A DNA stretch of 64,000 bases from the human T2T-CHM13v2.0 reference genome, Homo sapiens, in the NCBI GenBank assembly GCA_009914755.4, contig CP068257.2:2368001-2432000 (forward strand). The letters run 5' to 3'. Of the stretch, positions 1 to 15,329 are shown one piece after another. The position numbers and the translations under genes were made by a program. The notes under the pieces are model-generated. The model made no database searches. It saw only the letters and a list, made by a program, of their open reading frames with translations, and was not told the origin of the DNA. Within the stretch, counting starts at the first letter, position 1, and each line of letters opens with the position of its first letter.

Positions 1-654
1 AAATCTACAATGAATGCCAGACCCTACAGCAGAAAGCAATTTTCTCACTTTTCCACACACAATGGTTCCTACTAAGTGAAAAAAAAGCCATAAAATTTCA
101 TTCACAAATGTACTACTCTGTCTCAAAACATCTCACGTAATCATGCACTGTACTAAAGCCATCAGATCAGTTCTTCAGTCAGGTTAAAGAAGTATCCCTC
201 TAATAACTGACTTTTATAATGCTATCAATATCCACTCCCAATCAGTCTGCCATTGTTAATGGTGTACAGCATTACTGAATACAACGGAATTGATGACGCC
301 CATATCCACAGACAAACCGTGACTTATGATGGTTTGATTTATGATTTTTCAACGTTATGATGGGTTTATTGGAATATTAGATTCGTTTCTGAGTTACACT
401 GGGTTTATGAGTATGCGACCCTACACTCCAGAAACAGCTGTATAAGGAAAAACAGGTGTACCTAATAAAAATATGCTTAGTGACTTGGGATAAACCAATA
501 GATGTTCACAAGTGATGGAGAGCCGTGAAAGAGAGATAGCGGTAAATAGTTACAATAACACAATTTTCCTGCACCTGTCGAGGATTTCCCCCAAAAAACG
601 CAGAATGTGGGATGCACCTAAGGCATATGAAAGAGAGAGGGCAGAAGGAGTAAG

Positions 655-800
655 AGAGAAACAGGAGGAAGGAAGGAAGGAAGGAAGGAAGGAAGGAAGG
701 AAGGAAGGAAAGAAGGAAGGTAGGACGGAAAGAAGGAAGGAAGGAAGGAAGGAAGGAAGGAAGGAAGGAAGGAAGGAAAGAAGGACTAAAGGAAGGAGAG
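655..800. repeat. (GGAA)n microsatellite, about 35 units with a few AGAA/GGTA variants
   Basis: direct read: aggaaggaaggaagg... run, which produces the mirrored low-complexity ORFs at 506-817. Confidence 0.95.
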
Positions 801-1699
801 AACACCGGTGTTACTAAAACCCCCCAAAAAATGGTTTCCCCCTGTGGGTAAGCCTACAATGTGGATGAATCTTGAAAATATTGTGCTACGTGTTATGTCA
901 GTCATAGCAGCTCACCTATTGTGCAATTCCGTTTATAGGAAATGTCCACAATAGAGACAGAAGGAGGAGTGACTAATGTCTACAGCGTTTTTCTCTGGTC
1001 GGGGGTGATAAGACGTTTTACAATGGATTGCGAATTAAAATTGAATGTGCACAACCACAGGTATACTAAAAGCCACTGAATTCATGACCTTTAATGGGGG
1101 AATGTTATGTGGCGCAGTCTCATGGAGACCACGGCAGACATAGTGAGAGAGAAAAAGGTGAGTAAATATCTGAAACGGAGGCAGAAACAGAGAGAATGAA
1201 AAGCCCTGTGAATGGAAGGGAGAGCGAAAAGGGAAAATGGTCCCATTTACAAATGACAGATGTGAAACTGGGGTTCACATCAACAGTGTCACTGCCAGGG
1301 AGGAGGGTCATGCTAGCCATGTCACCGGTAGTGTGGCCCGCAGGGACGCCGACCTGCTGGAGCGTCGTGCCAGCATGGGCTGTGGCAACCACGTGGGCCA
1401 GCAGGAGGTTCCCGCTGCACAGCTGTGGGGTGAGGATAGACTGGTTGGTGATATCGGCCATTACAGGGGCCTCTTCTGCTGGCAAGAGTGTGACAGTAGC
1501 AAGTAGATGGACAGGCCTGTGTGTGAGGACGGAATGCAGGAGGGGTTCTTGTGCGGCTGGGTGTGGGGCCCTCACGGGAACCGTGGAGAAATGGCCAGGT
1601 AACTGCGTCATGTGGGCTAGTAGATTGGCCAGGGCTTCGAACTGAAGGACGATAACGGGGAGTAGCTGTCAGACCCTGGGAGTGCCTGAGTGTAAGTGG

Positions 1700-3970
1700 A
1701 GATGGGTTTGGGGTCACTGAGGGATGCGTGGGAGCCATTCCTGTATAGGTACAGGTCATAGGGAGATAGTCTCGTGAGGCCTGTGAGTGTCTAGGGTTGT
1801 CCTGGGTGCCTGGGGCTGACTGTGGCAGAAATCTGGGGAAGGCTGGAGAGAAGCTGGGAGACCCAGGAGAGTCCCTGAAGGCAGGGGGTGAAGAGGTGAA
1901 AGAAATGGGGGAGGGTTTCAGTAAGGTCCGTGAGTTTGTAGGTGATTCCTGGGTGCGGGAAGCTGACTCCAGGTGAAATCTGGAGATGGTTGGAGAGTAG
2001 CTGAGAGAGACAGAAGAGTCCCTGAGGGCTGGGGGTGAGAACATGAGGGAGACGGGGGAGTAAGTCAGTGAAATTCGTGAGTTCGGTGGTGTATCGTGGG
2101 TGCCTGGAACTGACTCCAGCTGGAATCTAGAGAAGTTTTGAGAGTAGCTGAAGGAGACACAAGAGTCCCTGTGGGCTGAGGGCAAAGACCTGAGAGAGAC
2201 CAGGGAGGACCTCAGTGAAGACTGTGAGTCTGTAGGTGATTCCGGAGTGTGGGAGGCTGACTCCCGCTGAAATCTGGGCGTGGTGGGAGAGTAGCTGGGA
2301 CAGACAGGAGAGTCCCAGGGGGCTGGGGATGAAGACATGAGAGAGACTGGGGAGTAACTCGGTGAAATTGCTGAGTTGGTTGGTGATACCTGGGTGCCTG
2401 GAACTGACCCCCGCTGAAATCTGGGCATGGTTGGAGAGTAGCTGGGACACACAGGAGAGTCCCTGAGGGCTGGGGGTGAAGACATGAGCGAGACCGGGGA
2501 GTAACTGAGTGAAACTGGTGAGTTTGGTGGTGACTCCGGGGTGCCTGGAACTGACTCCAGCTGAAATGTGGGCGTGGTTGGAGAGTAGCTGGGACAGACA
2601 GGAGAGTCCCTGAGGACTGGTGAAGACATGAGAGAGACTGGAGAGTAATTGAGTGAAATTGGTGAGTTTGGTGGTGATTCCTGGGTGCCTGGAACTGACT
2701 CCCGCTGAAGTGTGGGCGTGGTTGGAGAGTAGCTGGGACACACAGGAGAGTCCCTGAGGGTTGGAGATAAAGACGTGCTAGAGACTGAGGAGTAACTGAG
2801 TGAAATTGGTGAGTTTGGTGGTGATTCCGGGGTGCCTGGAACGGACTCCAGCTGAAATGTGGGCGTGGTTGGAGAGTAGCTGGGACAGACGGGAGAGTCC
2901 CTGAGGGATGGTGAAGACATGAGAGAGACTGGGGAGTAACGCAGTGAAATTGGTGAGTTTGGTGGTGATTTCTGGGTGCCTGCAACGGACTCCCGCTGAA
3001 GTGTGGGCGTGCTTGGAGAGTAGCTGGGACAGACAGGCGAGTCCCTGAGGGTTGGAGATAAAGACGTGCTGGAGACTGGGGAGTAACTCAGTGAAAGTGG
3101 TGGGCTTGGTGGTGATCCCAGGGTTCCTGGAACTGACCCGCGCTGAAATGTGGGCGTGGTTGGAGAGTAGCTGGGACAGACTGGAGGGTCCGTAAGGGCT
3201 GGGGGTGAAGACGTGAGAGAGACTGGCGAGGATCTCACTGAGGTCTGTGAGTTTGTAGGTGTTTCTGGGGTGTGGGGTACAGACTCCCGCTGAAATCTGG
3301 GCGTAGTTGGAGAGTAGCTGGGACAGACAGGAGAGTCATGGGTGGCTGGGGGTGAGCTGCTGGATGATGGCAGTAAGAACATATGGTACATTATTGATGA
3401 ATGAGGTGACTGTGAAGAATCTCCAGAGGAGGTCACGGGAGAACACAATGACATGAGTGACTGTCCTGCTTGGTTAGGAAAGGGAAACGTAAAGTTGTGG
3501 AATTCTGTTGATGATGGATGTGAGAGTGGTGAAGCCCTGCGGGATGATGTAGAGGACTTCCACATCCCTGGTGAGGAGCTGCCCCTTGGGTCTGAGTTTC
3601 TGGGAGGGGAGAGGGAGAAGCTGGGTGAGGCAGGCATGAATCTTGAGGAGTCAGGGCTGGGGGACCGCTCATATTCTCCCGAGACCTGTGAGTCTCTGGG
3701 GGACTCCTGGGTGCATGGGGCTGACTCCCGCAGGAACCTGGGGATGGCTGGAGAGTAACTGGGAGCCACAGGAGGGTCCCTGAGGCCTGGGGGTGAAGAG
3801 ATGCAAGACACAGGGGTGGAGCAGCGTGAGGCTCGTGAGTTTGTAGGTGATTCCTGGGTGTGGGGGGCTGACTCCAGCTGAAATCTGGGGTTGCTTGGAG
3901 AGTAGCTTGGAGACACAGGAGACCCCCCGAGAGCTGGGGGTGAGATGCTGCGTGATGGCAGTAAGAACAT
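1700..3970. repeat. tandem satellite array, alternating 147-bp and 144-bp monomers (291-bp dimer), about 16-18 units; degenerate units extend to about 1120
   Basis: the motif ctgggtgcctggaactgactcc(a/c)gctgaaat(c/g)tgggcgtggttggagagtagctgggacagacaggagagtccctgagg recurs at about 2389, 2536, 2684, 2827, 2975 and 3118; the encoded 49/48-aa peptide repeats alternate in the 882-aa minus ORF. Confidence 0.85.
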
Positions 3971-4989
3971 GTGGTATATTATTGATGAATGTGGGGACTC
4001 TATCTTGTCAATGATTCTAGCTTATATTAATATGCAATGTATACAATATGCTAACATTTACAATATATGTTTATAGTTTAAACATTTCTGTCATATTTTC
4101 AGATTCTTTAAAGATTATATTACACTTCCTGTTTCAGATAGCTGCTTAAAATGAGTAAGGAAAAACGGATGTGTGCATCAGTTGTAACTGTTTATGGACT
4201 AAAACTAGTTGATTTACTGGTTAAGAACAAAAAGTGACAACCTAATTAACTGAAAATTTTAAGTAGGCAATTATAGTTTTAGCTTTAAAGTAAAATATTA
4301 ACTATGCTCCATTCTTGCATTGTTAACATAATACTCAATATAAATCGCCACATGCCATGTTTCAGATCAAGGTTCTACTTGTGATCTCTCATGAGTTTTT
4401 CAAGGTTTTAATTATCTGAGATGTAACAATGTACCCGTAACCTTACTGGCTTAAACCAGGAATTTATTCTTTTTACATGTCAATTTTCTGGGTCAAGACA
4501 CTGGACAGGGCGGTGTGGGTTGGTTGCTTCGTGATGTCCCTGGTCTCATCTGGAAAGACTCTAGTGGCTGGGGACTTGAAGCAGGGACCCAGAAGGACTC
4601 TAGTGGCTGGGGACATGGAGCAGGCACCCAGCCCTCTCTTTGTGGCCAGCACGGACTTCCTCCCAGTCTGGCAGTCAGGTAGTCAGGTTTGTCTGGCTTC
4701 TCCTAGGGCGTGTGTCCAAGAGGCCCAGGCAGAAGCTGTAAGTTCTCTCATGATCATCCCTCAGAAATCCCAGAGCATCTCTCCTGCCACACTGTCCAGT
4801 CATACTCATCACTGAGACAAGCCATGATTCAAGGGCGGAAGGTGATTAGATTCCACCTCTTGATGAGAAGCATAGTAGGAACCTGCAGCAGTCTTTAATA
4901 AACCACAGGTTGTCCTCTGTCCACAAACTATTAACGTTTCTCCCACATGCAAATTATGCTTTGCCCCTCTCAAGAGTCCCAAAATGGTT

Positions 4990-5265
4990 TTCCTTATGGC
5001 ACTGGCTGGTAGCCCAACTGAATCCTGAATCAGGTTGTGGTGGCCTATCATCTGCCCCTGATGCACTCAGCCACAGTGAGGACTGAATCAGGTTGTTGTG
5101 ACCTATCATCTGAGCCCACACACTCAGCCGCAGTGAGGACTGAATCAAGTTGTGGTGGCCTGTCATCTGCCCCTGACGCACTCAGCCACAGTGAGGACTG
5201 AATCAGGTTGTTGTGACCTACCATCTGAGCCCACACAGTCAGCCGCAGTGAGGGGACAGGTGTGA
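4990..5265. repeat. local tandem repeat, about 59-bp unit x4 (118-bp dimer x2), inside an unclassified LTR/MER-like element (4470-5300)
   Basis: ctgaatcaggttgtggtggcctatcatctgcccctgatgcactcagccacagtgaggactg repeated; produces the nested minus ORFs at 4809-5278. Confidence 0.8.
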
Positions 5266-5399
5266 AAACAGTCGGCATTTCCCTTTAGAAGCTGTTGGTG
5301 GGAGGCAGGAGGGAGATGCTGCCCTGCAGGCCCCGTCTAACAGTTGGTCATTCCCATGGGGCGCCTGTTACAGTTCTGTGATTAGTGCCCAGTCCGGGT

Positions 5400-7370
5400 C
5401 CCTGAGAACGGCGCCCAGTCCTTGTCCCTGAGAACAGCGTTTGTGTCCTTTTACTCCTCCCTCTGGGCTTTTGTCATTCTCCATGTTCTTTTTCCTTCAG
5501 TGCCTGGGTTGCCGTTGACCAACTTTCTCTGCGTTTTTCTTATAGTCAATAGGGTATTCAATGGCTTCTTTTTAATTTTTTTCTTTTTTTTTCTTTGGCC
5601 TTTTGAGACAAGAAATTATTTCTTTATATTTTCTGTAAATTTTGTTTGAAAACTGAACTTCCTTCTTTAGATCATGTCCCTCTCCTGTCATATTTATTCA
5701 TTGACAGTTAGGGGAGGCTGGTAGCACTTTCCATGTTCTTCCCAGATGTCTCCTTAGGCAGATCCCTGAGATGGTGCAGTGCCCTTTCAGTTTCCATGTT
5801 GTGGTCGTAGTTTTCCCACAGTCCCTCAGCACGTAACTCTCAGGCCTTTTCTCCAGTTTCCAATGACATTTTCTCACCGTCCTTCAGGCCCTGACCAAGA
5901 TTCTTGATGCCCTTCCAGGTTGCATGAATGGTCTCCTTGAGGCCCAGTTACATATCAGCCTCACAGTCGTGGCAAATATTTTAGCTTCTGATTACCACAG
6001 CGGCTCATTTCCAGCTACCATATTCTGTTCCAGTTATCTATTCTGAAGAAACCATCCCCAAAACTTGGCAGCTTAAAACAACTCATTATTACTTGTTTTT
6101 TGGCTTAGAGAGTCTTGGTGGCCAGCTCATCTCACACACAGTTGCAGCCAAGCTGGATTGTGTGAAAGCACAGCGGGGTGGTGTGCAGGGTGGCTCACTA
6201 GTGGTTCGGAGTGGATGTTGCTGGAGGATCACTAGTGGTTGGGAGTCGGTGTTGCTGGAGGGTCAGTGGGGGATGTCAATGCAATGCGTGTAGCTAGTCA
6301 TGGACTGGCCGTGTGGCTTCCATCATGGGGTCTCAGGGGAGTGGGATTTCCTGCCTGGTGACTGGCTTTCTCCTGGATAAGTGTTCTGTTTTCTCAGCCT
6401 GGCTTCTGAAGTCCCCAAATACCACCTTTGTCACCTTCTGTTGGCCAAACAAATCAGTAGTCTGGGCAAGGTATAAGGGGAATTGGTTCTCACAGAGAGA
6501 GGAGCAGGAAAGAAGTTGTCACCTTTAGTCTACCAGAAATATGATTTTTATAACAAGTTTGTTCCAAATACATTCCAGTTCCCCTTGTGAATACTTTTTT
6601 GACTCACAGGGTATTTCAAAGTTTATTACTTGGTTTTCAGACATTTGAGGCTTTTCTGGATATCAATTTGTTGTTGGTTTCTAATTTAATTTCACGTGTT
6701 CAGACAACATACTTTGTATACTATTTCAGGCTTGAACCTTTTCTCAATTGATCGACATACAGTCTATCTTGGTACTGCCAAGTACCATTTGGGTCAGGAT
6801 TTTGTCATTTAGATCCGTATTTTTCCTATATTTTTATCTGGTTGTTCCATCAGTTATTGAGAGAGCAGTATTAATTCACCAGCTATAATTTTGGATTGTC
6901 AATTCCTGCTTTTGTTCTGTTGTTTTTGATTCACATATTTTGAGGCTCTGTGTGTGTGTGTACTTTGTGTGCACTTTGAGGCACAATTTATAATTGTAAT
7001 ATCATCCTCTCTGATTCTTTTATTTTTATGAAATTACCTTGTTTATTTCTGGTGATATATTTTGTTCTGAAGCCTCTTTCATCTAGTGTTAACATCTCCG
7101 TTGAAGCTTTTTATGATTAGTGTCTGGATAGCATATTTTTATGATTAGTGTCTGCATAGCATATTTTTTCTCATACTTTGTGTCTTTGTATTTAAATTGT
7201 GTCTCTGTGGATGCCATATTGTTGGGTCTTGCTTTCCTCTCAGGTCTGGCAGTCTCTGTCTTAAGTAGAGTATTTGTCCAGTTACATTGTAACTAATCAT
7301 TGCTAAGGTTGGATTTAGGTCTGCCATTTTTCTACTTATTTTCTATTTGTTTGTTTATTTTTTTTTTAAG
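5400..7370 (-). mobile_element. old interspersed-repeat mosaic (L1-like ORF2-5' antisense at about 6540-7370; MER/LTR-like at about 5700-6540)
   Basis: resemblance to the antisense of old L1 5' regions also seen at 19150-19700 and 43390-43700; not resolved by eye. Confidence 0.3.
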
Positions 7371-7646
7371 ACAGGGTCTTGCTCTGTCACCGAGACTGTA
7401 GTGCAATGGTGCAATGTTGGCTCACTGCAACCTCTGCCTCCCAGGCCCAACCTATACTCACTGGAGCCCACTGAGTAGCTGGGACTACAGGCGCATGGAA
7501 ACACACCTGGCTAATTTTTATATTTTTTGTAGAGATAGGGTTTTGCCATGTTGCACAGGCTGGTCTTGAACTCCTGAGCTCAAGCAATCTACCCACATTG
7601 GCCTCCCAAAGTGTTCAGATTACAGGCATGAGCCACCATGTCTGGC
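7357..7646 (-). mobile_element. Alu (SINE)
   Basis: poly-T start, gagacagggtcttgctctgtcacc...gcctcccaaagtg...gagccaccatgtctggcc. Confidence 0.9.
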
Positions 7647-7757
7647 CTTCGTCTGTCTTTTGATCTTCTATATATTCTTTCCTAACTTCTTTTGGGTTAA
7701 ATATTTCTAAATATTCCAGTTTGATTAATCTTTTGGCTTTTTGAAATAATTTTTTAT

Positions 7758-8057
<300 letters not shown>

Positions 8058-8399
8058 TTATAAATAATTTATTATTTAGAATTTTGGTAACAAACACATA
8101 CCTTAAAATTTACCATCATAACCAATTGTAAGTGTACAGTTTTGTAGAGTTAAGAATATTTACAGTGTTGTGTAGCAGATTTCTAGATTTTTTTTATCTT
8201 GGAAAACTCTATACCCATTCAACAACTATTAATTTCCCCCTCCTTCCACCTCCTGGCAAGTACTATTCTACTTTGTGTTTCTAAAAATTTGGCTTATATA
8301 CCTAGGGTTATATAATATTTGTTGTTTTGTAAGTAGGTTCCATGTTATGTGTCAGATGTGTCAGGATTTTCTTCCTTTCTATGGCTGAATAATATTTCT

Positions 8400-8500
8400 T
8401 CATATATATTATATATATATTACATATATATTATATACATATATTATATATTATATATAAAATATATGTATATAGTATATATCATATATATATATGCTTT
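8400..8500. repeat. (TA)n / (TATATAT)n simple repeat within the L1
   Basis: atatatattatatatatattacatatatattatatac... Confidence 0.9.
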
Positions 8501-9959
8501 TGTTTATCCATCTATTCCTGGACGGACGTTTGGTTTCTTCCACCTTGTGGCTGTGTAATGCTGCTGTGAACATAGGGGTGCACATATCTGTTTGAGGTCC
8601 TGCTACTAGTTATTCTGTCTCTGTAGTAGTTGGATGGCTGGATCATATGGTCATTTTATTTTATTTTTTTTGAGGAGCCAGTTCATATTTCCACCAACAG
8701 TGTTCAAAGGTTTCAGTTTCACCTGCGCTTGTTACTTTCTGTTGGGTTTGAAGTGATGTCGCATTGTGGTTTCTTTTTGCATTTCTCTAATGACTAGTGA
8801 TGTTACACATCTTCTCATATATCTCATGTATCTGTTGGCTATTTGTATATCATCTTTGCATCTTTGGATAAATATTGTTTGTCCATTTTTTTAATCACTT
8901 TATTTTGTTGTTGGGTTGTAGTGGGGTTTTTTTGTCATGATCATTCATTTATCTCACAGTTCATTCTCCTTACTTGGGCCAGGGTCATGATCATTCATTA
9001 TCTCTCAGTTCATCCTCATTACGTTGGGCAAACAGTCATGCTGCAGGGTATAGATTATGTTATTCTGTTACTTTCAGGTAGAATTGGGGTCTAGGTTCTA
9101 ATTGTTTCTAAGTTTAGATTCTGAATGAGAATCAGCAGAGGTAGACCACCACTGCTGGGGCCTGGGGATTGCCGGGGAAAAGGCAGGAAACAAATACAGA
9201 CCTGACCATGGAGGGTTTGTGTTTCATGGCTCCCATCTGGGTACCCAAGGAACCTACATGTAGCTCGTGTGTGGAGAGCCTACATTGCCCACTCAAAGCA
9301 ATTGAGGATGGAACAGTCTTGGGGCTGGAGCTCATTTTTTGGAATGATAACCACATCTGCACAGAGAGGACCTGATAAGATGTTGTCCTTCCATGTATAT
9401 CTGGGAATCCTGTGTAGGGTCTCTCTGTAAGGACAGGGGCAGTGTTGGCTCCTTGGCCTCTAGTTAGCCTCACGAGTAGTCTAGTAAAGGCTTTGCCAAC
9501 TTGTCACCATCTGTGGATATTCTGGCCAGCTCTTGTTTTCACCCTACTGACCTCTTCAGACACTAGGCTTTTGCTTTAGACCACTCATGGTTTTTCTTCC
9601 TCTTCAAATCAGTAATCAATAAATCCTCTTCAAATCAATAGATTTCCACTCCTTTAGGAAACTCTGATCTTCTGGTCATGCCAAGGTTTAATTAACTGGT
9701 TTAATTGTTTTTCTGTTTTCTTGGTTTCTTTTTCCTTCTTCCTGGGGGTTTCTAGTAATTTTAGATTCATGTCTCACTTTCTCCATTTTTTAGTTCTTAG
9801 TTTTCTTCTGTGATTATTTTCACTGCAGCTGCAGGGCCTAATCCTGGGTTGGCAGAGAACTAGCACTTACTCTGCCCTAATTGGAATCCGGGAGAGATAG
9901 GAGGTGCCCTAGTGTGAAAATGTGTTTGCTCCTCTTTGCTTCTGGTAGTCTCTCCGTAG

Positions 9960-10230
9960 GAGTACTTTACGTATTCTGAATATTCACTTCTTATGAGATA
10001 CATGATGTGCAACTATAGGTTGAATGTCTCTGATCCAAAAATCTGAAATCCCAAATGCTCCAAATTCTGAAACTTTTTGAGTGCCAACATGACACTCAAA
10101 GGAAATGCTTATTGGAGCATCGCAGACTCAGGTGTTTGAATTCGAGATGCTCAACCAGTAAGAATAATGCAAATATTACAAAATCTGAAACACATCCCAA
10201 GCATTTCAAATAAGGGACACTCAACTGGTA
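9960..10230. mobile_element. palindromic DNA-transposon-like element (MER/Tigger-type MITE) inserted into the L1
   Basis: internal inverted repeat tgctccaaattctgaaactttttgagtgccaacatgacactcaaaggaaatgcttattggagca. Confidence 0.4.
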
Positions 10231-11011
10231 TTTTCTTTTATTCTACAGTTTGCCTTTTACCCTGTTGTTTGTGACCTTTGTGGTACAAAAGTTTTAAGTT
10301 TGATATATTTTTGCTTTTACTGCCTGAGCTTTTAATGTCGTATCCTAAAAATTATTGACAAATTCATCGTCATAAAGCATTTTCCAAATTTGTTTTCCCT
10401 AGGAGTTTGATAGTTCTAGTTTTACATTTAGGTTTATAATTCACTTTGAATTAATTTTAACGTGGTGTAAGGTAAGAGTCCAACTTCATTGTTTTGCATG
10501 TAGATATACAATTTTCCCAACACCATTTGTTGAAGAAACTGTCCTTTGCCATTGAGTGGTCTTGGCATCCTTGTGGAAGATCATCAAACCATATATGCCA
10601 GGGTTGGCTTCTGAGGTCTCTGTTGTGTTGGTCCATAAGTGTGTCAAGTATGTCTTTATGCCATGACCACATTTTTTTTTGGCTTATTGCAGTTTGGTAA
10701 TTGTTTTGAGACCTTTAATTTTGTTCTGTTTCAAGATTGATTTGCCTATTCATGGGCCCTGGAGATTCCATATGAATTTTAATATAGGTTTTTCTGTTTA
10801 TCAAAAATGTCATTGGAATCTTTATAAGGATTGTATTGAATCTAGGTCACTTCGAGTAGTGTTGACATCATTCCAAGATGAAATCATCTAATCTGCAAAC
10901 CCAGCTTTTCTTTTTCATTTATTTGTGTTTAATTTCTTTCAACAGTGTTTTGTAGTTTTCTGTGTTCAAATCTTTTGCCCTTTTTGTTAAGCTTATTTTT
11001 AATTTTTATAA

Positions 11012-11719
<708 letters not shown>

Positions 11720-12754
11720 TCTCTTTTTAAAATTTCATTTGCAGATTGTTCATTGTTAGTTTATGGAAATGCAACTGACTTGTGTGTGTTACTGTATCCT
11801 GAAACTTTGTTGAATTTCATTATTTTACCAGTATTTTGTGGAATTTCAGGATTTTTCCCATTACATCCTGTTGTCTGTGAACAAAATTTTGTACTTTTTC
11901 CTTTCCAATTTGCATGCTTTTTATTACTTTCTCTTGCCTAATTATTCTGAGTAGAAATTCCAGTGCTTTGGTGAATAGAAGTGGCAGGAAGGGATGTTGC
12001 TATCTTATTCCTGATCCTAGAGGAAAAGATTTTAGTTTTTCACCATTGAGTATGATGTTAGCTGTGAGCTTTTCATGTACAATCTTTATTTACTGAGGAG
12101 TTTCCATATATTACTAATTCTTTGAGTCTTTTTATTACAAAAGGTGTTCATCTGGCTCTGGAACCAGATAAATGTTGACCTGATAGAATGGATTGGAATG
12201 TCCCCTTCTGGTTTTTGAACATTTTTGGAATATTTTGCAGAGGATTGGCATTAATTCTTCTTGAAATGTTTGGTAAAATTCTCCAGTGAAGTTATCTGGA
12301 CCTGGAATTTTCTTTTTTGGGGGGTTTTTGATTACTGGTTGAATCTTCTTACTAGTTACAGGTCTCTTTGGATTTTTTATTTCTCCGTGATTCAGTATGG
12401 TGGTTTGTGTTTCTAGGAATTTATAAATTTATTCTAGGTTGCCCAGTTTTGTGGCATACGGTTGCTCACATTAGTCTCTTTTAATCTTTTTCATTTCTGT
12501 GGCATCTGTTGTACTGTCACCTCTTTTATTTACGATTTTAGTATTTGAGATTTCTCTTTTTTTCTTAATATAGCTGTGAGTTTTAAAATTGTTATTGATC
12601 TTTAAAAAAAACTCAGTGTGTTTTTTTTTCCTTTTTTTTCTGGTATTATTCTGCTTATCTCTGCTCTAATCTGTTATTTTCTTCCTTTTGCTTGGTTTGT
12701 CATTAGTTTTTTTTTTCCCCCCCTTCAGGTGTAATGTTAGGTTATTGATTTGAG

Positions 12755-12990
12755 ATCTTTCTTCTTTTTAATTTAAGCACCTGCAGCTATAAGCTTCCCT
12801 TTAGCATGGGTTTGAGATCTTTCTTCTTTTTAATTTAAGCATCTGCAGCTGTAAGCTTCCCTTTAGCATGGGTTTGAGATCTTTCTTCTTTTTAATTTAA
12901 GCATCTGCAGCTGTAAGCTTCCTTTTAGCACGGGTATGAGGTCTTTCTTCTTTTTAATTTAAGCATCTGCAGCTGTAAGCTTCCCTTTAG
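12755..12990. repeat. about 59-bp tandem duplication x4 inside the old L1
   Basis: gagatctttcttctttttaatttaagcatctgcagctgtaagcttccctttagcatgggttt repeated four times. Confidence 0.85.
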
Positions 12991-13179
12991 CACTGCCTTT
13001 GTTGCCTCCTCCTGAGTTTGGGTATGTCATGGTTTTCTTTTCGTTTGCTTAAACATTTTTTGTCCTATTGTAATATAATTGCATTGTTTTTAATAAAGGT
13101 AATTAATGAAACACATAATGAATTTTGCTTCTGTTTTTATAATATTTTAAGTATTCTTAACTCAGAAATGTAAATTTTA

Positions 13180-13525
<346 letters not shown>

Positions 13526-13655
13526 TTATATGTATTTCCATTTAGAAACTATGATCTCCTAAGTGTATTGACACAACAACCTGACATAAAGATAAAGAAT
13601 AATAAGCATATAACAAAACGGAAACTTGCAAATACCTGTTTTTTATTAATTTTTA

Positions 13656-14630
<975 letters not shown>

Positions 14631-14751
14631 ATATACATCTTAATGAGTTTAGTGATAAGTATTCTCCCCAGGACTCATCACAACAAATAATGCCGTAAAC
14701 TTGACCATCACTCCCCATATATTTCTCATTCTCACGCTTTTTAAAAAATGA

Positions 14752-15050
14752 GACCGGGAGCGGTGGCTCACGCCTGTAATCCCAGCACTTTGGGAGGCCG
14801 AGGCAGGTGGATCACGAGGTCAGGAGATCAAGACCATCCTGGCTAACACAGTGAAACCCCCTTTCTACTAAAAATACAGAAAATTAGCTGCGCGTGATGG
14901 CAGGCGCCTGTAGTCTCAGCTACTTGGGAGACTGAGGCAGGATAATGGTGTGAACTCGGGAGGCAGAGCTTGCAGTGAGCCAAGGTAGTGCCACTGCACT
15001 CCAGCCTGGGCAACAGAGCGAGACTCCATGTCAAAAAAAAAAAAAATGAG
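14752..15050 (+). mobile_element. Alu (SINE, AluY-like)
   Basis: gaccgggagcggtggctcacgcctgtaatcccagcactttgggaggccgaggcaggtggatcacgaggtcaggagatcaagaccatcctggctaacacagtgaaaccc. Confidence 0.9.
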
Positions 15051-15329
15051 ATGACCATTTCACCTAAAATATACCCTCTTAAGTTTTTTTTTACGTGTAC
15101 AATACAGGACGGCCATGCATCAGAGATATATGTGGGTTTGGTTCCAGACCACTGCAATAAAGTGAGTTATACAATTTCTTTTGGTTTCCCAGTGCATGTA
15201 AAAGTATGTTTATACTGTGCTGTATAAAGTGTGCAACAGCATATGTCTACAAAGTGTGCATACTTTAATTTACAAATACTTTATTGTTAACAAGTGCTAA
15301 CAGTCATCTGAGCCTTCAGAAAACTGCAA

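Noticed and set aside
1-500. Possible ancient DNA-transposon fragment (ccgtgacttatgatggtttgatttatgatttttcaacgttatgatgggtttattgg with tandem ttatgatgg sub-repeats)
   Set aside because: I could not match it to a specific family from memory, so it is not called as a feature.
5400-7370. A confident family assignment for this block
   Set aside because: It resembles old L1 5' antisense and MER/LTR sequence, but I could not anchor it to a consensus by eye, so it is left as low-confidence.
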